Notes under the pieces: generated by a model
The model's database searches: none
What the model was told of the DNA's origin: nothing
What the model saw: only the letters and a program-made list of their open reading frames with translations
Part shown: piece after piece, positions 22,063 to 31,100 of the stretch
How positions within the stretch are numbered: the stretch's first letter is position 1
How the letters are laid out: each line of letters begins with the position of its first letter
Assembly (NCBI GenBank): GCA_027923505.1
Contig: BROI01000004.1
Coordinates: 310,001-374,000, forward strand
Length of the DNA: 64,000 nt
Reading direction: 5' to 3'
DNA from: Mayamaea pseudoterrestris
Lineage: Eukaryota
Translations under genes and position numbers: made by a program

Positions 22063-23493
22063 ATGGCAATGTCCTCGGCGAACGAACCTTCCGCCGAACC
22101 GGAAGTGGAGACGACAGAGACCGTGACTGACAAGGCTGCAGCTCCGTCAAAACCAGTTGACAGTCAAGTCCCCTTGACATATTTTGGAAGTATTGAATCG
22201 TCGGCATACAAGTACGGCTGGGAATGTCTACAGGCCGGCGCCTTTGACGATGGCCTTGAAGCAGCAGAAATGGGTCTGCAGGAAACCAAGGCTCGGGTGT
22301 TGGACTTGTTCCAAACAAACGCGGAAACCATGGATATGGACAAGGTGGAGTTGCACGAATCAATGGCTCCCTTCTTTTATTTATACGGAACGACGCTATT
22401 GTATTCCGTCGAGGAGCAGTCAAGCGAGCAGCTGGCGGCGCTGACAATGAATGATGCTCCACCGGAAGCCGCGTCGGCGAATGCTCACGATAGTGATGAA
22501 AGTGAAGCGAGCGCTGCGGCAGAGCAAGTCAAGGAAGACTACGCGGACGACTTGGAGATTGCTTGGGAGAATTTGGAAATTGCTCGAACAACCTTGGAGA
22601 TTATGTTGCAGCAAGTCGAGTCATCGGAAACCATGACCGTCAAGAAGGAAAAGATTCAGTTGGATCTTGCGCAGGTTTGCTTGCGCGCAGCGGACCTTCA
22701 GCGCATGAATGGGCAATACGAAAACGCCGTTCGAGACTTTGAACATTCTCTCCAGCTTCGATTGGAAACGCCGCTACTTGGACCGTACGATCGCAAGATT
22801 GCTGACGTTTACATGAACCTTGGCGCTACTTACTTTGTCCTGGTGTCCTCGACTACAACGGCTGACTCAGAAAATCCTGTACCAGCAATGGATCCAAAAG
22901 AATTGGAGAAGAAACTTGCTATTTGGCGTAATCGGGGCTTTTACAATACATTCATGGCCGGCAAGACGCTCTGTGGCCAGCTGGCTATGATGTGTGGCGT
23001 TGACCCGACACAATTCTTCCAAAAGGCCGAGCAGAACGTTGCAAGCTTCAAGTCGACGGGCTTGGAAAAGCATGAGGAGGAAATGGAGCATCCGACGACG
23101 CTCAGTTTGAAGCTCAAATCGCTTCGAGAGCATGCCGGCAAGATGGAGCCTCTCCATGGTCAAAAGGATCTTTTCGATGAAATTAGCGAGATGCTTGTCG
23201 AAATACAGGAAACGATTGATGAAGGCGAAGCTGGAGAGGAAGGCGTTCACAAGGTTCAGCAGATGAAGGCAGATATTGCTGCTGCGATGGCAGCAGAACA
23301 GGATTTGGAGGATCACGCGAACGAGGGAAGCGCGACTACGATTGGATTTGGATCTGCTGCCGCCGCGGCGACGACTGCGACGGCGCAGCCCATGGCGGCA
23401 ATGATGGTCAAGAAGAAAAAGAAGCGCGAGGATCTGGAGAACGTTTTGGAGACGGAACCAGTAGCCAAGCAGATGAAGACTGCGACGGAGTAG
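22063..23493 (+). CDS. NASP: NASP/Sim3/Hif1-family SHNi-TPR histone chaperone
   Basis: APFFYLYGTTL, an acidic insert, DDLEIAWENLEIAR, further TPR helices, TTIGFG and a basic C-terminal NLS (VKKKKKR). Confidence 0.85.
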   Translation: MAMSSANEPSAEPEVETTETVTDKAAAPSKPVDSQVPLTYFGSIESSAYKYGWECLQAGAFDDGLEAAEMGLQETKARVLDLFQTNAETMDMDKVELHESMAPFFYLYGTTLLYSVEEQSSEQLAALTMNDAPPEAASANAHDSDESEASAAAEQVKEDYADDLEIAWENLEIARTTLEIMLQQVESSETMTVKKEKIQLDLAQVCLRAADLQRMNGQYENAVRDFEHSLQLRLETPLLGPYDRKIADVYMNLGATYFVLVSSTTTADSENPVPAMDPKELEKKLAIWRNRGFYNTFMAGKTLCGQLAMMCGVDPTQFFQKAEQNVASFKSTGLEKHEEEMEHPTTLSLKLKSLREHAGKMEPLHGQKDLFDEISEMLVEIQETIDEGEAGEEGVHKVQQMKADIAAAMAAEQDLEDHANEGSATTIGFGSAAAAATTATAQPMAAMMVKKKKKREDLENVLETEPVAKQMKTATE

Positions 23494-23553
23494 TTGGCAC
23501 GTAACGGCTACCGGTAGAGTGATGACGGCTATCAAAAGTAACGAATGCTTTGT

Positions 23554-26070
23554 TTATGTACTAGGTATGTCTCTATATCTCACAACATGATCCAGAAGCG
23601 CTTCTATGCCGATATCACGGTAGGCTGCAGCCGCGCAGCGATAGCCCTCTCCAAAGACGTCACTTTCCTCTCGCTCAATGCAATACTGAAAGTATTGACG
23701 TAACTTCTCGTCAGATGGCCCCACATCCACTGCGTCGTTTGAATGAAAAGGATCGAGACCTTCACTCAAAAGTAACATTGACATTAGCTGCGCACATCCT
23801 TCCTCCACTTTGGGAGGTAATGGCTTGCGGTAATCGTACTTTGGATGGAGCTTCAGCCAAGCATGGGTAGCTTCATGAGCCAAAACACTAGCGGTCAAGT
23901 CGCTTGGAAGCCCAGATAAGCAAAGGATGGCATGCACTTGCGAATTGGAGTTTCCTTTGGATTCGATAGGCATCTCAAAATATGTAAAACCTCCATCATC
24001 GGCGTCAATGCTGCGAAAACTCAAGCTACTTCTTTCAAACCGCAGTGAAGGCGCTCTTGCCAGCCGACCACTACTAGAGTCAAAATTTGTCAGAGAACAT
24101 CCGCGAGTTACATTCTGTGAGTGGCCCTTGTGCGGTGACTTGCTTTGAATTATCGCTTCTTCCATCTCCGCAGATCGGACGACAACGAGAGGAATGTTCC
24201 TCATCGCATCCCACACTGGTAAATTTAAGTGTTTTTCAAAGAAATGCATGATTTTAACCCACAATGGATTAATGTCAGCGCTATCGACAATCACGGACCG
24301 ACAACATGCGTAGCAAACACATCGGCCATTGTCGTTCAAATCTGCAAATGGCGCATTGTCGGGCTCGAATCGCTGGCACCCCGTGCACCGCCTTCCAGGA
24401 TTGTCGGCATGTCGGAGGCACATAACTTCATTTTCAAAGAAAGGATGTTTGACAAAAGGGACTATGCCATCAGTAGTAGCAGGAATTTGATCGTCGCAGA
24501 CGGTGCAACGTAACGCGGAAATGTCAGCATAACAGTGAGGATGATGAGCGCGCTTTTGGCCACTTTCAGTTGTGGTAGTAACAAACGGCGTCGACGGGTC
24601 AATGTGCTGCCTGCAGGTACCGCAGCGAAAGCAGTGTGGATGGTATGGCCGGTCCATTGCAACAATAAAAGCTCCCTGCATTTGTCCGCAAGAGGTGCAC
24701 ACCATGTCTCTGCTCCGAGTTGCAGCAATGGCCGATTTGCTATACGAATCCGATGTAGTAGCATGATTCGGCAGCGGGATCTGCTCCGGAACAGTGTTAA
24801 TTGTCGCGTTCGTCGCCGTGCTTCTCTTCTCTCGTTTTGGAGAGCGAGGTAGCCAAGACCTGCTTGTCCCACCATGCGGTCGCGGAGACACCTGCACCGC
24901 TCTCGGAGTTGTTTGGCCAAAGTTGGCCCCATTCGTCGTACCGAGCGAGCTAAACGATGAATGAGCATCTGGTGGAGGGATATCGCCAATGTCCATGGCG
25001 GCCATGGCAATCTTTGCGGCGTCTGCAGCACTCGCCTTTTTACTGCCAAATCGTAGAAAGCTGCCACGCTTCTTTCGCGCGCTCCTCGGCTTCCCACTCT
25101 CCGCATCCACTGAGTCAACCGTATATAATGGATCAAGCGTCGGTAGCCCATACCCATTGACATGGCCAGTAGGAATGGCAGATGCTGAGAGTGGAGCTGT
25201 GTGTGTTGTGGCGTTCGTGGCTCGCAAATGTGGTTGCACCCGCGGCCGGTGATCGCAGGAAGGTTTTGCGCTCTGAGTGAGTCGGGCATTCCTTAACCTG
25301 TCGCGGGACGCGGCGAGTTTCGCAGAAATGACAGGAACCTTTGCAGAAATCATAGGCGAGGTAGTAGTACTTGATGGCGGAGTCACATGCATTCGCGTGA
25401 AAGCGATCTGTCGATCGATAGTTTCGAGCGTGTTTGTCGACCCCTGCATTGTTGCGCGAGAACTCGGCGTGCCTTCGTAAATGGCGCTGAAATCAGCAGC
25501 AGAAAGGTCTTTCATGCTTGTACCAGTTGTTTCCAAATGTCGAGCAAGCCGTTCGTCGTCCCGTGTAATCTTGATGGAACCGGAAGACGCCGAGGCAGAA
25601 GTTGAGCCACTTCGCAAATCGTCCGGATTAATGCCTGCAAATATGCCGCTCCTTTGATATCCAAAATCAAACTTGCTACTCCCATTGTTACTTGCACTTA
25701 TTTCCAATTCTTGCATTTTCCATGCAAGTTCCATGTCAGAAGCTTCCAGAGCATTTGAATCTGGTGAGCCCCTAGCAGAGCGCTGGTCATCGAGATTATG
25801 GAATGCCTGCTCCTGGAGCTGCCTTACGTACGCCAACGTATCTTGCATGGACTCTGGTCCATTCGCTGCTGCTCGAAGGGACGATCTCTGCTTTCCTCGT
25901 CTTGCCTCCAATGACATTTCAGGTGGAGAAACATCAAAAGATCGAGTTCGCTGTCGCATCGAATCACGTGAATCAAAGTTGAATGATGAAACGGACGCAT
26001 GTTCCTGATATTGTAGCATGCGAGCCAGTTCCTCGTCCTCTTGGAGACTATGTCTTCGTGGTTGAGACAT
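23554..26070 (-). CDS. DA1-like protein (UIMs + LIM + LIM-like + zinc peptidase)
   Basis: UIM-like EDEELARMLQ and DDERLARHL; LIM C..C...HPHCFRC..C; HPFF..CLRH..RRCTGCQRFE; SVLAHEATHAWL (HExxH) and VEEGCAQ. Confidence 0.88.
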   Translation of the reverse strand: MSQPRRHSLQEDEELARMLQYQEHASVSSFNFDSRDSMRQRTRSFDVSPPEMSLEARRGKQRSSLRAAANGPESMQDTLAYVRQLQEQAFHNLDDQRSARGSPDSNALEASDMELAWKMQELEISASNNGSSKFDFGYQRSGIFAGINPDDLRSGSTSASASSGSIKITRDDERLARHLETTGTSMKDLSAADFSAIYEGTPSSRATMQGSTNTLETIDRQIAFTRMHVTPPSSTTTSPMISAKVPVISAKLAASRDRLRNARLTQSAKPSCDHRPRVQPHLRATNATTHTAPLSASAIPTGHVNGYGLPTLDPLYTVDSVDAESGKPRSARKKRGSFLRFGSKKASAADAAKIAMAAMDIGDIPPPDAHSSFSSLGTTNGANFGQTTPRAVQVSPRPHGGTSRSWLPRSPKREKRSTATNATINTVPEQIPLPNHATTSDSYSKSAIAATRSRDMVCTSCGQMQGAFIVAMDRPYHPHCFRCGTCRQHIDPSTPFVTTTTESGQKRAHHPHCYADISALRCTVCDDQIPATTDGIVPFVKHPFFENEVMCLRHADNPGRRCTGCQRFEPDNAPFADLNDNGRCVCYACCRSVIVDSADINPLWVKIMHFFEKHLNLPVWDAMRNIPLVVVRSAEMEEAIIQSKSPHKGHSQNVTRGCSLTNFDSSSGRLARAPSLRFERSSLSFRSIDADDGGFTYFEMPIESKGNSNSQVHAILCLSGLPSDLTASVLAHEATHAWLKLHPKYDYRKPLPPKVEEGCAQLMSMLLLSEGLDPFHSNDAVDVGPSDEKLRQYFQYCIEREESDVFGEGYRCAAAAYRDIGIEALLDHVVRYRDIPST

Positions 26071-26433
26071 TTTTGTTCAAGTAGCTAAGCTAAATACACC
26101 AAGCGCTTGTCTTTCATCGGAAGGAATGACCTTGTTCTTTTGACAGCTCAACAAGCAGTCGGCCGTAGTCGATAGGATGTGCGAGCCTATGAGATAATAG
26201 TACTCTTGGTGCAGTTCAGGCCGATTTGCAAATGCATGTGTCGTCTTGCTTTCGCATACTTGAAAGGTATTGCTCACTGCTAACTGTCACTTGTTAGTTT
26301 CAATCGTCATGCCAAGTTCCATTGACGCCGCGCCTCGTCGCATCTACAAAAAAGGTCGTACCGGTTGTCACAAAAGTAGTCGTATCGGTACTCAAAGCTT
26401 GCATCTCGACGGCAAAACGAAAGGGATCTGGCC

Positions 26434-27618
26434 ATGTTACCGGTAGGAAACTTCCGCTTGTGCTGCGGAATGAAGCTGGTTATTTTGCTGCTGTTTAGCA
26501 ATATAGCATCAGGTCTATGTCTAGCTAGATTTTCTGCGACATGTTCGAAGACTCGGCGACATTTGACGCGTCTAAATTCTCTTCGGCAAGCACAAACTCG
26601 GCCAACCTTGTCCTACGAACCCAACAATCTGCAGCAAAATCAGATTGAACTCAAATCTTCTGGGTTAACCATGCAAATTATCTTCGCGGAACCAGAGCGA
26701 TTAAGTCCCAAGCCGCTTTTGTTGTTTCTGCATGGAAGCTTCCATGGAGCATGGTGCTGGTCCGAGCATTGGATGCCGTACTTGAACGACATGGGATATC
26801 CAGTCGCAGCCATTAGCTGGAGAGGCACCGCGGGAACCTTTGCGGGAGATGGGGTCAAAAAGGTTAAAATTATGGATCACGTGCAAGATCTCATGGATGT
26901 ATTAGACGCCTTGCCAAACATGATGAGCGGTGCGCAGGAAGTGGCACGGAGACCAATCCTCGTCGCACACTCATTTGGAGGAATAGCCGTGATGAAACTG
27001 CTGGAAGAGCATCCTGACAGTGTCAATAGACTATCTGCAGTTGTAACGATATGCTCGGTACCGCCATCTGGCAATGGTAAGATGACCATGCGATTCCTGA
27101 AACGCTCCCTTTCGATCAGTTGGAAGATTACTGCTGGTTTAGCAATGAAGCAATGTCTCACTTCAACGGACCTTTGTCGCCAGCTGTTCTTTGGCGGATC
27201 TAAACGCGCCCTTCCAGACGGAACAGTCGAAGACTATGGATTGTCAGACGATGATGTATTGCGATATCAGACGAGGTTCGTGCGCGACTCAGTTGCTACA
27301 GTCGATCTGCTCGACTTGGCAAAAAAGTTGCCTTCTTTTAACGCTGACGAGAATGGAAAAGCACTCTTTGCCAATAATAATATACCATGTTTAGTCATGG
27401 GAGCCCAGCATGACTTTTTGGTGGACCGAGAAGGCTTAGACGAGACTGCCACTTTCTTTGGGCTTGATCAACCTTTGATCGTTGATTCTCCGCATGATGT
27501 CATGCTAGGCGCAACGTGGCGAAATGGTGCCGACGCGATAGACAAATGGGTTTCGTCAGTCGTCGTGAAGGACAATAGAGAATCAGAACGAGCAGTAATG
27601 GCTCACAGGGCGAGCTAG
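26434..27618 (+). CDS. Alpha/beta-fold hydrolase with N-terminal targeting peptide
   Basis: LLFLHGSFHGAWCW, nucleophile elbow AHSFGG, Asp in HDFLVD and His in PHDVML. The start may be ATG 26470. Confidence 0.88.
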   Translation: MLPVGNFRLCCGMKLVILLLFSNIASGLCLARFSATCSKTRRHLTRLNSLRQAQTRPTLSYEPNNLQQNQIELKSSGLTMQIIFAEPERLSPKPLLLFLHGSFHGAWCWSEHWMPYLNDMGYPVAAISWRGTAGTFAGDGVKKVKIMDHVQDLMDVLDALPNMMSGAQEVARRPILVAHSFGGIAVMKLLEEHPDSVNRLSAVVTICSVPPSGNGKMTMRFLKRSLSISWKITAGLAMKQCLTSTDLCRQLFFGGSKRALPDGTVEDYGLSDDDVLRYQTRFVRDSVATVDLLDLAKKLPSFNADENGKALFANNNIPCLVMGAQHDFLVDREGLDETATFFGLDQPLIVDSPHDVMLGATWRNGADAIDKWVSSVVVKDNRESERAVMAHRAS

Positions 27619-27829
27619 CGCTTGATGAAAAGGCGCAGCGGGTGTAAGGAAGGATGCAGCTCCTGAATAAATATTGAGCAGCACATAGTGTCAACTGATT
27701 ACCAGTATCTCATACAACTTTATAACTTAAAAACTATGCCTTTAATATAAAATGCCTGGTGCTCTTTGTCTTACGCACACCGACTGCAAACAAAGCTTTT
27801 TTGTTGTCACAAGTAAGGAAAACTGATGT

Positions 27830-28160
27830 CCATACTCAGAGCCATGTCCATAATTAAAAGATATCCAGATGGTGTCAACATACCTGGCTGGAACCTCATG
27901 ACAATGCAAGAAGATTGTAAAAGATTTGCTTCAAAACCCAGCTGGTGGGGGGGGGGGGCACAACTTGCTGAAGTCCATAATCAAAGCTGTGTCCATGACC
28001 AATAGACACCACAATGGTGGCAACATCCTTTTTCAGGCTGCTCTACAAAAAAACCTGGATGGTGACTCATGATGCTGCAATGCCATTGGTGAGAACTACT
28101 CACCAGTCCCAGCCAGTAGCTGCCATGACTTTTGACAGCCCATTCGTAGTGCCATGTCTA
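27830..28160. repeat. Degenerate ~150-bp repeat, left flank of the satellite array
   Basis: Shares GGCTGCTCTACAA (28036) and an exact 23-mer AACTACTCACCAGTCCCAGCCAG (28094-28116) with the right-flank repeats. Confidence 0.7.
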
Positions 28161-31100
28161 TGTCCAGCGGTGTACCCTGTTTGGTCAGTTGCACCCATTC
28201 CAATCTCCACCACCATGTATGTCATGGTGAGACTCAGCAGATCCAACAACTTGTGGGATCTGCTAGCAGCGCACCTCAAGTGACACTTCAGACTGCCAGA
28301 ATAACCTGCCAGTTATAAAATACAAAAAAAACATACATTCCTTAAGTGATTAATACACGAAGGCTTGTCACCTTGGGTGTGAAACCCATCCCTTTGCCAT
28401 GAGACTCCGCACATGTAACCAATCATTGATTGTGCCAGCCGTGCACCCTTTTTGGCTACACGAACCATCATTGTTGCCTGTTGAGCCCCCCAATCCATTT
28501 CAATTCATGTTGGGTGTCATGATGGGCCAATGCTTGGGTCAGTTGCACCCACCCATTCCAGTCTCCACCACCATGTATGTCATGGTGAGACTCGGCAGAT
28601 CCAATATTTTGTTGTATCTGTTAGCAGTGCACCTCAAGTGGCACTTCAGACTGCCAGAAGAACCTGCCAGTTCTGGAATACAAAGAACATACATTTTCTG
28701 AGTGATTAATACGCGAAAGCTTGTCGCCTTGGGTGTGAAACCCATCCCTTTGCCATGAGACTCCGCACATTCAACCAATCATTCAATGTGCGCCAGCCGT
28801 GCACCCTTTTTGGCTTCACGAACCATCATTGTTGCCAGTTGAGCCCTCCAATCCATTTTAATTCATGCTGAATGTCATGATGGGCCAATGCTTAAGTCAG
28901 TTGCACTGACCTGTTCCAGTCTCCATCACCATGTATGTCATGGTGAGACTCGGCAGATCCAACAACATGTTGTATCTGTTAGCAGCGCACCTCAAGTGGC
29001 ACTTTAGACTGCCAGAATAACCTGCCAGTTCTGGAATACAAAGAACATACATTTTTTAAGTGAATAGAGCGCAAAGGTTTGTCACCTTGGGTGTGAAACC
29101 CATCCCTTTGCCATGAGACTCCGCACATTCAACCAATCATTCAATGTGCGCCAGCCGTGCACCCTTTTTGGCTTCACGAACCATCATTGTTGCCAGTTGA
29201 GCCCTCCAATCCATTTTAATTCATGCTGAATGTCATGATGGGCCAATGCTTAAGTCAGTTGCACTGACCTGTTCCAGTCTCCATCATTATGTATGTCATG
29301 GTGAGACTCGGCAGATCCAACAACATGTTGTATCTGTTAGCAGCGCACCTCAAGTGGCACTTTAGACTGCCAGAATAACCTGCCAGTTCTGGAATACAAA
29401 GAACATACATTTTCTGAGTGATTAATACGCGAAGGCTTGTCACCTTGGGTGTGAAACCCATCCCTTTGCCATGAGACTCCACACATTCAACCAATCATTG
29501 AATGTGCCAGCCGTGCACCCTTTTTGGCTGCATGAACCATCATTATTGCCAGTTGGGCCCTCCAATCCAATTTAAGTCATGTTGGGTGTCATGATGGGCC
29601 ATTGCCTAGGTCAGTTGCACTGACCCATTCCAGTCTCCATCACCATGTATGTCATGGTGAGAACTTGGCAGGTCCAACAACTTGTTGGATCTGTTAGCAG
29701 CACACCTCAAGTGGCACACCAGACTTCCAGAATGGCCTGCCAATTCTGGAATACAAAGAAAATACATTTTTTAGTGATTAGAGCGCAAAGGCTTGTCACC
29801 TTGGGTGTGAAACCCATCCCTTTGCCATGAGACTCCGCACATTCAACCAATCATTGAATGTGCCAGCCGTGCACCCTTTTTGGCTGCACGAACCATCATT
29901 GTTGCCAGTTGAGCCCTCCAATCCATTTCAGTTCATGTTGGGTGTCATGATGGGCCAATGCTTAAGTCCGTTGCACTGACCCGTTCCAGTCTCCATCACC
30001 ATGTATATCATGGTGAGAACTTGGCAGATCCAACAACATGTTGGATCTGCTAGCAGTGCACCTCAAGTGGCACTTCAGACTGCCAGAATAACCTGCCAGT
30101 TCTGGAATACAAAGCAAATACATTTTCTAAGTGATTAGAGCACAAAGGCTTGTCACCTTGGGTGTGAAACCCATCCCTTTTAAATGAGACTCCGCACATT
30201 CAACCAATCATTGAATGTGCCAGCCGTGCACCCTTTTTGGCTACACAAACCACCATTGTTGACTGTTGAGCCCCCCAATCCATCTCAATTCATGTTTGAT
30301 GTCATGTTGGGCCATGCTTAAGTCAGTTGCAACCATCCATTCCAGTTTCCACCACCATGCATGTCATGGTGAGTCTTGGCAGATCCAACAATTTGTTGCA
30401 TCTGTTAGCAGCGCACCTCAAGTGGCATTCCAGACTGCCAGAATAACCTGCCAGTTCTGGAATACAAAGAACATACATTTTGCAAGTGATAAGAGCACAA
30501 AGGCTTGTCACCTTGGGTGTGAAACCCATCCCTTTGCCATGAGACTCCGCACATTCAACCAATCATTGAATGTGCCAGCCGTGCACCCTTTTTGGCTACA
30601 CGAACCATCATTGTTGCCACTTGAGCCCTCCAATCCATTTTAATTCATGTTGGGTGTCATGATGGGCCATTGCCTAGGTCAGTTGCACTGACCCATTCCA
30701 GTCTCCATCACCATGTATGTCATGGTGAGAACTTGGCAGGTCCAACAACTTGTTGGATCTGTTAGCAGTGCCCCTCAAGTGGCACTTCAGACTGCCAGAA
30801 TAACCTGCCTGTTCTGGTATACAAGAATCATTTGTTTTTCAAGTGAATAGAGTGCAAAGGCTTGTCATCTTGGGTGTGAAATCCATCTATTTGCCATAGA
30901 CTCCGCACATTCAACAAATGGTTGAATGTGCCAGCCGTGCACCCTTTTTGGCTACACGAACCATCATTGTTGCCACTTGAGCCCTCCAATCCATTTTAAT
31001 TCATGTTGGGTGTCATGATGGGCCAATACTTGGGTCAGTTGCACCCACCCGTTCCAGTCTCCACCACCATGTATGTCATGGTGAGAACTTAGAAGTTCCA

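Noticed and set aside
28440..28460. U2 snRNA-like CCTTTTGGCTA; possible snRNA/5S/tRNA gene array
   Set aside because: Only about 11 nt match. No branch-point-pairing GTGTAGTA, Sm site, tRNA cloverleaf or 5S boxes were recognised.
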